A stretch of DNA of 64,000 bases from contig JAAYFS010000014.1 in assembly GCA_012728115.1 (NCBI GenBank), positions 2,279 through 66,278 of the forward strand. Direction: 5' to 3'. The notes beneath the pieces are model-generated. The model ran no database searches and was not told the DNA's origin. It saw only the letters and a list, made by a program, of their open reading frames with translations. Shown here in pieces: positions 19,972 to 32,151 of the stretch. The position numbers and the translations under genes were made by a program. The number at the start of each line of letters is the position of its first letter. Position 1 is the stretch's first letter. This stretch comes from Bacillota bacterium. GTDB taxonomy: Bacteria > Bacillota > Limnochordia > Darwinibacteriales > JAAYFS01.

Positions 19972-21026
19972 AAAAGGTGAGTGTGGTGCTAAAATTAAGC
20001 AACCAAAAAAAGACTTTAATTATCATTTCTTTAATTATCGTTTTAGTTTTATCGATTGCGATCTGTCTAACGCTTGGTTCAGCACAATTGAGTTTAGGAC
20101 AGGTTGTTAAAGCTGTTCTCAAAAGAATTCCTTTGGTCGGAGAGCGTTTAGGTTATTCCGTTTCACCGATGGATGATTTAATTATACATTCCATTCGATT
20201 ACCACGCATATTACTAGCTATCTTAGTAGGTTGTGCTTTAGGAGCAGCGGGAGTGGTGTTTCAAGGAGTATTTCATAACCCGATGGCTGAACCTTTCGTG
20301 ATTGGAGTTTCTTCTGGTGCAGCTTTGGGTGCTACGATCGCTTTTGTATTGGGACTGAATTTTTCCTTCTTTGGACTAAGTTCCGTCCCAATAATGGCTT
20401 TCTTAGGAAGTATGCTGACAACCTTTGTGGTTTACAACATCGCCAGAGTAGGAAGAAAAGTACCGCTAACCGTGCTTTTACTCGCAGGAGTTGCGGTGGG
20501 ATCGTTTATGTCCGCCTTAAATTCCTTATTGATGGTGTTTAATAGAGAGGAGAGCACCAAGATTGTGTTTTGGTTAATGGGTGGTTTCTCCGCAAGAGGT
20601 TGGGAGCATGTTCAAGCCGCGTTTCCGTATATTCTAATAGGATATCTGGTTATCGTTTTTTACCTTGAAGAGTTAAATTTACTATCCCTAGGCGAAGAAA
20701 AGGCGCAATTGATGGGGGTTGATGTAGAAAAGGTTCAACTGATTCTCATTGGTGCAGCTTCATTGATCGCCGCTGCCGCCGTTTCTGTGAGTGGAATCAT
20801 CGGATTTGTTGGATTGATTGTGCCCCATATCATTAGAATCCTAATCGGACCAGATCATAAATTCTTACTACCTACCGCGACCATTTTTGGTGGCATCTTT
20901 CTTCTTTGGACTGATACTTTAGCGCGAACAGTTTTTTCGCCGATCGAAGTTCCTGTGGGGATCTTAACGAGTATGGCTGGAGCACCATTTTTTGTGTATC
21001 TATTACGCAAGAATCGGTACAAGTAG
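19968..21026 (+). CDS. FecCD/BtuC-family ABC permease
   Basis: IRLPRILLA, NPMAEPFVIGVSSGA, LGEEKAQLMGV, GIIGFVGLIVPH. Confidence 0.93.
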   Translation: MKKVSVVLKLSNQKKTLIIISLIIVLVLSIAICLTLGSAQLSLGQVVKAVLKRIPLVGERLGYSVSPMDDLIIHSIRLPRILLAILVGCALGAAGVVFQGVFHNPMAEPFVIGVSSGAALGATIAFVLGLNFSFFGLSSVPIMAFLGSMLTTFVVYNIARVGRKVPLTVLLLAGVAVGSFMSALNSLLMVFNREESTKIVFWLMGGFSARGWEHVQAAFPYILIGYLVIVFYLEELNLLSLGEEKAQLMGVDVEKVQLILIGAASLIAAAAVSVSGIIGFVGLIVPHIIRILIGPDHKFLLPTATIFGGIFLLWTDTLARTVFSPIEVPVGILTSMAGAPFFVYLLRKNRYK

Positions 21027-21028
21027 GG

Positions 21029-21826
21029 GTGATGGAAATGGCGATAAAGGTTAGTAGTCTTAGTTTTCAATATCCTGCTAGTCCAGCAAAAGTATTAGAT
21101 TCCCTCTCTTTTAAGATCGAAAAGAATCAATTTGTGGGAATCATCGGTCCTAATGGATGTGGGAAAACCACCTTACTTAAATGCTTAACCAATATGGTTA
21201 GGATCCAAGAGGGCAATATATTTTTGTTCGATAAAGAACTCAATTCCCTAACCACAAAACAAGTAGCGCAGTTAGTCGGTGTGGTACCACAGCGATGGGA
21301 GTCTTCTTTCAGCTTTACTGCCAAAGAATTAGTCGCAATGGGAAGGTATGCTCATAAGCAACGCTTCATTCGGGACAAAGAAACAGATGAGCAAGTGATA
21401 AACAAGGCGATGAAAGCAACGCGGATAGAGCATTTAGCCGAGCGTCCGATCTTTCAGATGAGTGGGGGAGAGCTGCAGCGAGTGGTAATTGCTCAGGCTC
21501 TTGCCCAAACTCCGCAAATTCTAATCTTGGATGAAGCTACCTCACATTTGGATATTAGCCATCAGTTAGAAATCTTTGATCTATTGAAAGAACTTAATGA
21601 ACAGCAGGAGCTTACCATTATTTCCATCATGCATGATTTGAATTTTGCGTCCCAGTATTGCGATCAGATTATTATGATGCGTGAGGGTAAGATTTTTTCC
21701 CAGGGAAGTCCAAAAGAAACACTGACGGCAGCAAATATCAAAGAAGTTTATGGTGTGGATGTAAATGTAGTATTCACAAACGACTCTGAAAGACCCTTGA
21801 TTTCAGTATTTCCCCGAATCAATTGA
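21029..21826 (+). CDS. FecE/BtuD-family ABC ATPase
   Basis: GPNGCGKTT, MSGGELQRV, ILDEATSHLD, MHDLN. Confidence 0.93.
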   Translation: MMEMAIKVSSLSFQYPASPAKVLDSLSFKIEKNQFVGIIGPNGCGKTTLLKCLTNMVRIQEGNIFLFDKELNSLTTKQVAQLVGVVPQRWESSFSFTAKELVAMGRYAHKQRFIRDKETDEQVINKAMKATRIEHLAERPIFQMSGGELQRVVIAQALAQTPQILILDEATSHLDISHQLEIFDLLKELNEQQELTIISIMHDLNFASQYCDQIIMMREGKIFSQGSPKETLTAANIKEVYGVDVNVVFTNDSERPLISVFPRIN

Positions 21827-21899
21827 CTAAAAGAGAAGGACTTTTTGTCCGAAGTCAGAATATATATTCTTTAAAAACCTTTTATTGGGGGACAGAACA

Positions 21900-22523
21900 A
21901 TGAAGAATGGGATTTTCTTTGTTCTAGGTGGGTCAAAAAGTGGAAAAACAGCCTTTGCCGATGGATTGGCAAAAAAGATCGGAAAACGCACAGTTTTTAT
22001 TGCCACTGCGAAAGAGAAGGATGATGAAATGAAGGAGCGGATCGCTAAGTATCAAGCAAAATCTCCTGATTCTTGGCATTTGATCGACGCTCCCGAAAAG
22101 GTAGCCGAAGCAATTCGGTCTTGCAAAGGGCAAACCGATGTGATCATTGTTGATTGTATGACGCTTTTAGTTCGGAATTTGATGATGCAGAACCTGGGTT
22201 GGTTCCAAGAGGATGAAAAACCAGATATTATTGGATATGAGACCTTTATCGAAAATGAAATAAAGAAGGTACTAGAGGCTGCTTCGGAGATCAATGGTTT
22301 AGTGATCTTTGTTTCCGATGAGATCGGTGAAGGGTTAAAACCAGAGACTAAATTGAGTAAGTTCTATGGCGATTTAGTGGGTAGAATGAATCAACAAGTA
22401 GCTGCTTTTGCCGATAAAGTATTTCTTTTAACATGTGGATTAGCGCTCGAATTAAAATCACAATCCGTTTCGATCGATCAAGTGGTAATGGATTTAGTCA
22501 GTGACAATATCCAGGATTTTTAG
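21900..22523 (+). CDS. cobU: CobU/CobP-like adenosylcobinamide kinase/guanylyltransferase, degenerate motifs
   Basis: GGSKSGKT P-loop, FIATA, VDCMTL, VSDEIG, GRMNQQVA; His of the ERIxxH motif replaced by Tyr. Confidence 0.75.
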   Translation: MKNGIFFVLGGSKSGKTAFADGLAKKIGKRTVFIATAKEKDDEMKERIAKYQAKSPDSWHLIDAPEKVAEAIRSCKGQTDVIIVDCMTLLVRNLMMQNLGWFQEDEKPDIIGYETFIENEIKKVLEAASEINGLVIFVSDEIGEGLKPETKLSKFYGDLVGRMNQQVAAFADKVFLLTCGLALELKSQSVSIDQVVMDLVSDNIQDF

Positions 22524-22530
22524 CATGTCT

Positions 22531-23220
22531 CTAGGATAAAAGATCTTCTAGCGCGGTCTTATCTTTAATAATGATCTCTTTGCCAGAAAATGAAATCCAC
22601 CCTTGATCGCGCAAAAAGATGAGTTCTCGCGAAAGTGATGGGCGGGGAATGCTAAGATGGTCGGCCCATACTTGGCGCGAAAAGGGTAGTTTGATGGTTA
22701 AAGAACGCTGTTTCTTTTCTTCATCGAGTAAGTAATGAGCAATTTTTTGACGAATCGTTCCTAATGAGAGCGATTCTATTCTTTTATTTAGGAATAAAAT
22801 GCGATTAGAGAGTGATTCAATAAAGGAAATAGTGGTCGGGTTATCTAGGATAAACAGACGTACCAGCTCTTCCTTCGGAATAAACAGGACGCGGCAAAAT
22901 TCCGCTGCGTAAATGGTGGAAGGATAAGTTTTTTCATCGGAAAAAAGCACAGCCTCTCCGATTAGCTGAGCAACACCTAGTTGGGCGAGAGTGGTGCTTT
23001 TTCCATTTGCTTGGATTTTTTGAACATCCAGTTTTCCTTCCAGAATAATGCCCAGATAATGTGCTTGATCGTAGTTAGAAACAACTAGATCGCCTTTATT
23101 ATATTGCTTAACAAAGGAAGTGATTGCTTGTAGTAATTCTTTCACTTGTTCAGGAGTTTTCTTGCGAAACAAATGCGATTTGGTTAAAGTAACGTAGTCT
23201 TGTTGCTGAAAATTGCTCAT
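22531..23220 (-). CDS. Crp/Fnr-family regulator (HcpR-like)
   Basis: cNMP-binding fold (IGEAVLF...YPSTI) + C-terminal HTH (SRQVWADHLSIPRPSLSREL); divergent from hcp. Confidence 0.9.
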   Translation of the reverse strand: MSNFQQQDYVTLTKSHLFRKKTPEQVKELLQAITSFVKQYNKGDLVVSNYDQAHYLGIILEGKLDVQKIQANGKSTTLAQLGVAQLIGEAVLFSDEKTYPSTIYAAEFCRVLFIPKEELVRLFILDNPTTISFIESLSNRILFLNKRIESLSLGTIRQKIAHYLLDEEKKQRSLTIKLPFSRQVWADHLSIPRPSLSRELIFLRDQGWISFSGKEIIIKDKTALEDLLS

Positions 23221-23317
23221 AACTTAACTCTCCTTAGACATAATTAGGTTGGCTTTTTGGACTCCCTAATATAAGTTCCGAAAAAATTGTCTGGTTTCCT
23301 GCGAAAAAATGAATTTG

Positions 23318-23331
23318 GTAACAAACGTTAC
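23318..23331. promoter_or_regulatory. Candidate HcpR operator
   Basis: Palindrome GTAAC-AAAC-GTTAC between divergent hcpR-like and hcp operon starts. Confidence 0.65.
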
Positions 23332-23432
23332 TGAATTAAGTGGAAAAAAGCATTAGGATAAGGATTAGATAAGTAAGTTAATAAGTAAACTACTTTTATT
23401 TCATATTCTAGCAGTAAATGGGAGGTATTTCA

Positions 23433-24146
23433 GTGAAGCGAAAAATTGTAGAGATCGATCAAGAGCTGTGTAATGGTTGTGGACTTTGTGTTGATGCCTG
23501 TCATGAGATGGCGATCGAATTAGTGAATGGTAAAGCACAACTAGTGAGTGACAAGTACTGTGATGGCCTTGGTGATTGCTTGCCAGCTTGTCCAGTAGAT
23601 GCGATTCGGATTATTGAACGCGAAGCAGATCCCTATGACGATGATGCGGTTCAACAAAGAATAGCTAATGCTAAGAAGGAACCAGAAGAGCTAGCTTGTG
23701 GCTGTCCAGGACAATTAGCAAGACTATTAAATCAAGGAGATGTACCCAAGGAGCAAAGTAAACCTAACCTACCAAAAGAAGATTCCGAACCAAGAAAATC
23801 AGAATTAAGACAATGGCCGATTCAAATTCAACTTATTAATCCACGCGCTGACTATCTACAAGGTGCAGATTTACTTATAGCTGCTGATTGTACCGCTTAT
23901 GCGCATGCAGATTTTCATACTGAATTAATTAAGGGACGGATCACCATGATCGGTTGTCCGAAACTCGATGATAATAGATACAATGTCGATAAAATCGCTG
24001 AAATCTTAAAATATAACGATATTAAGAGTATTACGGTAGCGAGAATGTCGGTACCTTGCTGTGGGGGAATAGTACAAGCGGTTAAACAAGCGATGCTACA
24101 AACCGAAACCATAGTGCCATACAACGAAGTAATTATTAATGTTTAA
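23433..24146 (+). CDS. 4Fe-4S dicluster protein associated with hcp
   Basis: CNGCGLCVDAC, CDGLGDCLPACP, ACGCPG, QWPIQ, GCPKLD, PCCGG. Confidence 0.88.
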   Translation: MKRKIVEIDQELCNGCGLCVDACHEMAIELVNGKAQLVSDKYCDGLGDCLPACPVDAIRIIEREADPYDDDAVQQRIANAKKEPEELACGCPGQLARLLNQGDVPKEQSKPNLPKEDSEPRKSELRQWPIQIQLINPRADYLQGADLLIAADCTAYAHADFHTELIKGRITMIGCPKLDDNRYNVDKIAEILKYNDIKSITVARMSVPCCGGIVQAVKQAMLQTETIVPYNEVIINV

Positions 24147-24162
24147 TGGAGGGATACAATAA

Positions 24163-25818
24163 ATGTCAATCGATTATTCAATGTTTTGTTTTCAGTGCCA
24201 AGAGGCTGCCAAAGGAACAGGATGTACAGTTAGAGGTATATGCGGCAAAACAAGTGATGTCGCCAACTTGCAAGACCTATTAATCTATGTATTAAAAGGA
24301 ATCTCGATCGTTAATGTACACGCTCGGAAGCTAGGTTTGAACGAAGAAAGTACTGATAAATTTGTGATGGAAGGCTTATTCAGTACAATTACCAATGCCA
24401 ACTTTAAGCGCGAAGACTTTGTTAACCTAATTACCGAAGGGCTCCAAATTCGTGATAAGATTAAAGCTTCTCTTGAGGGTAAAATTGAAGATAGAGCCTT
24501 TGGTCTGGATGCAGTAACCTGGAATGGTTCAGAGGAAGAGTATGAAGTGAAAGCTACTTCGATCGGAATTTTATCGATTGAAGATGAAGATATTCGTTCA
24601 CTGCGGGAACTATTGGTCTATGGTCTAAAAGGTATGGCTGCTTACGCTAAACATGCTTATCAATTAGGCTATAAGAATGAAGATATCTTTGATTTTATGG
24701 AAAAAACTCTAGCAGCAACCCTCGATAATCAATTAAATACGCTAGAATTAATGGGATTGGTTGTGGAGACTGGAAGATATGGTGTTGAGGTAATGGCATT
24801 ACTGGATACCGCTAATACTTCTACCTATGGTAATCCAGAAATTACTCAAGTTAATATTGGTGTGAGGAATAATCCCGCTATTTTAATCAGCGGTCATGAC
24901 TTAAAGGATATGGAAGAACTGTTGCAACAGACGGAGGGTACTGGAGTAGATGTTTATACCCATGGAGAAATGCTTCCAGCAAACTACTATCCAGCATTTA
25001 AAAAATATGAGCATTTCGTTGGTAACTATGGTAATGCTTGGTGGCAACAAGATAAAGAGTTTGAAGCTTTTAATGGTCCTATCTTAATGACTACAAACTG
25101 TATCACTCCGCCAAAGGATTCGTATAAAGACCGAATCTATACAACTGGAGTAACAGGTTTTGATGGTGTGAAGCATATTGCTGAGCCTGAAGTAGGCGAA
25201 GCGAAAGATTTTTCGGCAATCATTGAGCATGCAAAAAGATGTGCTCCGCCAACCGAACTAGAAAACGGTACCATCGTCGGTGGATTTGCCCATAATACAG
25301 TTATTGGACTTGCTGACCAAATCGTTGAAGCAGTTAAAAGTGGTGCGATCAAACGCTTCTTTGTTATGGCAGGTTGCGATGGTAGAATGAAGAGTAGGGA
25401 TTACTACACTGAATTTGCCAAAGCTTTGCCACAAGATACCGTCATTCTGACAGCAGGCTGCGCAAAGTATAGATACAATAAACTTGAACTTGGAGATATC
25501 AATGGTATTCCTAGAGTACTAGATGCAGGACAATGTAATGACTCATACTCATTAGCGGTAATCGCTCTAAAATTAAAGGAGATTTTTGAACTAAATGATA
25601 TTAATGAACTTCCAATTTCGTACAACATCGCTTGGTATGAACAAAAGGCTGTGATTGTGTTACTCGCACTTCTCTATCTAGGTGTGAAGAACATTCACTT
25701 AGGACCTACATTACCAGCATTCCTTTCGCCAAACGTAGTGAAAGTCTTGGTTGAGACTTTCCGCATCGGCGGAATAACTAATGTTGAAGACGATCTTAAG
25801 ATGTTCATGGGCAATTAA
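24163..25818 (+). CDS. hcp: Hybrid cluster protein (hydroxylamine/NO reductase)
   Basis: [50 protein letters not shown]-like AWYEQKA. Confidence 0.97.
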   Translation: MSIDYSMFCFQCQEAAKGTGCTVRGICGKTSDVANLQDLLIYVLKGISIVNVHARKLGLNEESTDKFVMEGLFSTITNANFKREDFVNLITEGLQIRDKIKASLEGKIEDRAFGLDAVTWNGSEEEYEVKATSIGILSIEDEDIRSLRELLVYGLKGMAAYAKHAYQLGYKNEDIFDFMEKTLAATLDNQLNTLELMGLVVETGRYGVEVMALLDTANTSTYGNPEITQVNIGVRNNPAILISGHDLKDMEELLQQTEGTGVDVYTHGEMLPANYYPAFKKYEHFVGNYGNAWWQQDKEFEAFNGPILMTTNCITPPKDSYKDRIYTTGVTGFDGVKHIAEPEVGEAKDFSAIIEHAKRCAPPTELENGTIVGGFAHNTVIGLADQIVEAVKSGAIKRFFVMAGCDGRMKSRDYYTEFAKALPQDTVILTAGCAKYRYNKLELGDINGIPRVLDAGQCNDSYSLAVIALKLKEIFELNDINELPISYNIAWYEQKAVIVLLALLYLGVKNIHLGPTLPAFLSPNVVKVLVETFRIGGITNVEDDLKMFMGN

Positions 25819-25840
25819 GAAATAAAGCTAGGCTAAACGA

Positions 25841-25875
25841 TCAAAGGGAGTGTTGCTAGGCAGCACTCCCTTTGA
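25841..25875. terminator. Bidirectional terminator between hcp and xylB
   Basis: TCAAAGGGAGTG...CACTCCCTTTGA stem. Confidence 0.7.
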
Positions 25876-25897
25876 AATTAATCAAATTAAACATCAA

Positions 25898-27382
25898 CTA
25901 AAGTAATTCGTAAAGCGGTTTTAAGGCAGGATAGAGACTAGTGTAGATTTGGTAAGTTTGATTGTATCTACCGATCCATTCGGGATTCGGTTGGATCACA
26001 TCGATCGTTGTTACGATGCTATCTGATACTTGCGCTAGATCTTTAAAAGTCCCGACACCAACACCCGCTAGAATCGCAGCTCCTAAAGCTGGGCCCTCGT
26101 TACTTGCTAACACTTCAACATTTAGACCTGTTACACTAGCGATGATTTCACACCATAACCTACTTTTAGCACCGCCACCGATAGCACGAACATTGTTGCC
26201 ACTCCAACCAGCTTTTCTAAGAAGTTGGACACTATCTCTAAAGCTAAAAGCTACACCCTCTAAGACAGCACGAAGTAGATCTTTCTTTGTATGACTTTGG
26301 CTTAAACCAAAGAAGACACCGCGGGCAGCTCCATCTCCATGAGGAGTTCGTTCGCCACACAGATAAGGTAAGTATATTAAAGAATTACTGCCTGCAGGGC
26401 TTTGGGTTGCTAACTCCTCCATCTCTTGATAGCTAAGATCCTCGGCGAGGATCTCTTTGATCCAACTATAAGATAGACCTGAAGCTAGCATCACACCCAT
26501 CATATAGTACCGATCGGTTACCGCACTATTAAATATATGGACAGTACCTTCATTAAGTAAAATAGGTTGATCTAGATGGGCAAGCATTACTCCGCTAGTA
26601 CCAAGGCTGATCATGCAGCGACCTTCCTTTACGATTCCAGCACCAATTGCTCCACAGGCATTATCAGCACCGCCACCGACTACAGGAGTGCCTACTGGGA
26701 TATTTGTTAGCTGTTCAAATTCCAGGGTAGTGTATCCAGCTACTTCGGACGAGTTTACTAGCGGTGGAAGTAAGTTCGGGTCAATATCAAGGCGTTCTAA
26801 GATTAAGTCTGACCATTTTTGCTTAACTATGTTTAAGAATAACGTACCTGCGGCATCCGAGATTTCCATTTGGATTTGGCCTGTGATTCGATAACGAATA
26901 TAATCCTTCGGAAGAATGATCCAGCGTGTTTTGGCATAGATATTAGGTTCATTTTCTCTAACCCAAAAAACCTTAGGTGCTGTAAATCCTTCTAATGCGG
27001 GATTACATGCTTCCTGATGCAGATCTTCTTTTCCAACTAATTCTTCGATTTGACGACATTGTTTGGTTGTGCGCGTATCATTCCAAAGAATCGCTTTGCG
27101 AAGAACCCTGTGGTTTTCATCCAGGAAGATTGCGCTATGCATTTGCCCAGAGAGACCGATCCCTTTAATTTCTTTGGGAGCAAGCGAATATTTGTCGATA
27201 ACAGTATTAACCGCTTTAAGTGTTCCTTGCCAAATTTCTTCTGGGTCTTGTTCAAACCATCCCGAATATGGCGAATACAGGGGATAATCTTGATTAACAG
27301 AGCCTATCACTCGCGCCGACTCATCCAAAATCAAAACCTTTACTCCTGATGTTCCAATATCGATCCCAAGAAAATAGCCCAT
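25898..27382 (-). CDS. xylB: Xylulokinase
   Basis: LGIDIGTSGVK, GLSGQMHS, ILWNDTR, GGGADNA, PYLCGERTP, GGGAKS; divergent from xylA. Confidence 0.93.
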   Translation of the reverse strand: MGYFLGIDIGTSGVKVLILDESARVIGSVNQDYPLYSPYSGWFEQDPEEIWQGTLKAVNTVIDKYSLAPKEIKGIGLSGQMHSAIFLDENHRVLRKAILWNDTRTTKQCRQIEELVGKEDLHQEACNPALEGFTAPKVFWVRENEPNIYAKTRWIILPKDYIRYRITGQIQMEISDAAGTLFLNIVKQKWSDLILERLDIDPNLLPPLVNSSEVAGYTTLEFEQLTNIPVGTPVVGGGADNACGAIGAGIVKEGRCMISLGTSGVMLAHLDQPILLNEGTVHIFNSAVTDRYYMMGVMLASGLSYSWIKEILAEDLSYQEMEELATQSPAGSNSLIYLPYLCGERTPHGDGAARGVFFGLSQSHTKKDLLRAVLEGVAFSFRDSVQLLRKAGWSGNNVRAIGGGAKSRLWCEIIASVTGLNVEVLASNEGPALGAAILAGVGVGTFKDLAQVSDSIVTTIDVIQPNPEWIGRYNQTYQIYTSLYPALKPLYELL

Positions 27383-27525
27383 ATCTATCACTCCTTGGAG
27401 AAATGATTAGCCAAATTCCAAATAAATCCTCTATAATAGAAAGCAAGAAGTGGTGGTAAGGAGGAACTTTGCCCCTTAATGGAGTAGGTTTAGGTTTAAG
27501 ATAATTTGGAAAAGGAGCGAACCGC

Positions 27526-28845
27526 ATGTCCGAGTTTTTCCCTGAAGTGACCAAGATCAAATATGAAGGTAAAGATTCTAAAAATCCTTTAAGTTTTAAG
27601 TACTATAATCCAGATGAAGTGGTAGGAAATAAAACAATGAAGGAGCATCTGCGATTTGCAGTTTGCTATTGGCATACGCTGACGGGAGGGGGAACAGATC
27701 CTTTTGGTGCTGCCACCATGATTAGACCATGGAAAGCTGATCTTGCACCGATGGATTTGGCTAAAGTAAGGGCAGAAGCATGTTTTGAGTTCTTAACAAA
27801 ACTTGGAGTGCAATATTTTTGTTTCCATGACCGTGATATAGCCCCTGAGGGAGATAATTTATTTGAAACCAATAAAAACCTCGATATAATGGTGGATTTT
27901 ATTAAGTCATTAATGAAGAAAACAGGCATCGAGCTGTTGTGGGGAACCGCAAATCTCTTTAATCATCCTCGCTTTGTGCATGGGGCTGCAACTTCGTGTA
28001 ATGCTGAGGTCTTCGCTTATGCTGGTGCTCAGGTGAAAAAAGCATTGGAAGTAACCAAAGAACTAGGCGGACAAAACTACGTATTCTGGGGCGGTCGTGA
28101 GGGTTATGAAACTTTACTAAATACCGATATTGGTTTGGAGTTAGATAATTTAGCTCGTTTCTTACAACTTGCGGTAGACTATGCCAAAGAAATCGGTTTT
28201 AGAGGACAATTTTTAATCGAACCAAAACCAATGGAGCCAACTAAACATCAATATGATTTCGATGTAGCAACAGTTCTAGGCTTTTTAGCAAAGTATAATC
28301 TAACTCCGTACTTTAAGATGAATATTGAAGCGAACCATGCTACTTTAGCTGGTCATACTTTCCAACATGAGTTGCATGTGGCTAGGGTCAACGGAGTTTT
28401 AGGTAGTGTGGATGCCAACCAAGGAGATGAATTACTTGGCTGGGACACAGACCAATTCCCAACGAATATCTATTCCACAACCTTAGCGATGTATGAGATC
28501 TTGAAAAATGGTGGAATCGCTCCAGGTGGGCTAAACTTTGATGCTAAAGTAAGGAGAGCTTCCTTTGAACCGAGTGATTTATTTATCGCTCATATCGCAG
28601 GGATGGATGCCTTTGCTAAGGGTTTAAAAGTGGCTTATAAATTGTTAGAAGACCGAGTATTGGAAAACTTTATTGAGGAACGGTATAGCAGTTTCCGTGA
28701 AGGATTAGGAAAGCAAATAGTGGAAGGCAAGGTAACTTTACAGGATTTAGAGGAATATGCCTTGAAACAAGGACCGATTCGCAATAAATCTGGTAGACAA
28801 GAGCTGCTTGAAATGATCGTTAATCAGTATATCTTAGAGGTGTAG
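27526..28845 (+). CDS. xylA: Xylose isomerase (class II)
   Basis: [49 protein letters not shown]. Confidence 0.98.
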   Translation: MSEFFPEVTKIKYEGKDSKNPLSFKYYNPDEVVGNKTMKEHLRFAVCYWHTLTGGGTDPFGAATMIRPWKADLAPMDLAKVRAEACFEFLTKLGVQYFCFHDRDIAPEGDNLFETNKNLDIMVDFIKSLMKKTGIELLWGTANLFNHPRFVHGAATSCNAEVFAYAGAQVKKALEVTKELGGQNYVFWGGREGYETLLNTDIGLELDNLARFLQLAVDYAKEIGFRGQFLIEPKPMEPTKHQYDFDVATVLGFLAKYNLTPYFKMNIEANHATLAGHTFQHELHVARVNGVLGSVDANQGDELLGWDTDQFPTNIYSTTLAMYEILKNGGIAPGGLNFDAKVRRASFEPSDLFIAHIAGMDAFAKGLKVAYKLLEDRVLENFIEERYSSFREGLGKQIVEGKVTLQDLEEYALKQGPIRNKSGRQELLEMIVNQYILEV

Positions 28846-28848
28846 CAG

Positions 28849-30392
28849 GTGAATAAATGCTGCATTAGCATTAGGATTCAAGGTGAACAAAAAAAGATTT
28901 GGGTAAAGAAGGGCGCTAATTTATACCAGTCTTTGGTTGAAACAGGTTTCGTTTTTAATTCTTACTGTGGTGGGAAAGGAACCTGTGGTAAGTGTAAAGT
29001 TAAGATCTTAAGTGACCAACCGAGTATTGTTTTAGCCTGTAGAGTCCAGGTCGATCGAGATGTATCAATCGAAATCCCCACACCAACTAATATCCAAGAT
29101 ATTTTAGTGGAAGGGTTCGCGATTCAGTTAGATACAAGTGATTCGAATGATGGTTACGGTGTAGCGATCGATATAGGGACAACTACAATAGCAATGTACC
29201 TTTTGGATTTAAATTCGGGTGATGAAATAGGTGCGGTGGCTTATGCAAACCCTCAACTGCAATTCGGTGCGGATGTGATCAGTCGCATTAACTACACTCT
29301 TGAGCATCCAAACGGGATAGTGGTATTACAAAAAGTCCTGATTAAAGTTTTAAATGATGGAGTTACTAAGTTGGTTAAAGCTGCTGGTTTAACTACCGAG
29401 GATCTTAATTCGGTCGCAATCGTTGGCAATACAGTAATGCTTCATACTTTGATGGGAGTTAGTGCCGAATCCATTGCTAATGCACCGTTTACTCCAATCT
29501 TTGTAGACGAATTAGTACTTTCACCGAGTGATCTAGATTTAAACATAAATCAGCAAAGTAGGGTGTTTGTTCTACCTTCTGTTTCTGGCTACATTGGCGC
29601 TGATATCTTGGCTGATCTTTTGGCGACAGAGTTTATTAATAGTGAGAAACCGAATCTTTTAATCGATATCGGTACTAATGGTGAGATAGTCTTGGGTAGT
29701 AAGGATGAGTTACTAGCGTGTTCCGCTGCCGCTGGTCCTGCGTTTGAAGGAGCGAAGATAACTTGTGGAACAGCGAGTATCAATGGAGCTATTTCCCATA
29801 TTAAGTTGACCCTAGATGGTAAAATAAGGTACACTACCATCGGAAATCGATCTCCTGTAGGAATTTGCGGTTCGGGATTAATTGATCTAATCGCCGAATT
29901 AGTGCAACAGGGAATTGTTCTTGAATCAGGTGCTTTTGCCCTAGAACAAGAAATTCCTTCCCTGTACCGTGAACGATTGGTAATGCATCAAGGAATGCGT
30001 GCCTTTGTGATCGAAGAAGGAATTTTGCTTACTCAAAAAGATATTCGCGAGTTTCAACTGGCAAAGGGAGCGATTGCTGCTGGAATTCAGGTGTTATTAA
30101 AAGAAAGTAAGATAGATTTAACGGAGATTAAGCATCTATATCTTGCTGGTGGTTTTGGAACCTATCTTGATCCGATCCAAGCTAGTAAAGTAGGCTTGTT
30201 TCCAGCACCACTAACCGCGAAGGCGGTTAAGCTAGGTAACGCCGCTGGTTCTGGTGCCAAACTATATTTATTATCGAAAAAGCATCAGAAATATTTGCAG
30301 AAATTTAGGAGCAAGATAAAGTATATAGAGTTATCAGGGCACCCTGATTTCCAAGAAGAATTTATCAACGGAATGACTATCGGAGGTTGGAA

Positions 30393-30396
<4 letters not shown>
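28849..30396 (+). CDS. RACo-type reductive activator of corrinoid proteins (ASKHA/DUF4445 with N-terminal 2Fe-2S)
   Basis: CGGKGTCGKC...LAC, AIDIGTTT, GADVISR, GYIGAD, IDIGTNGE, AAGPAFEG, ICGSGLID, LAGGFG, GNAA. Confidence 0.93.
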
Positions 30397-32137
<1,741 letters not shown>

Positions 32138-32151
32138 AGGGAGAAGAGGAG

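Noticed and set aside
27383-27525. ROK-family XylR operator between xylB and xylA
   Set aside because: No convincing palindrome; no xylR in the window
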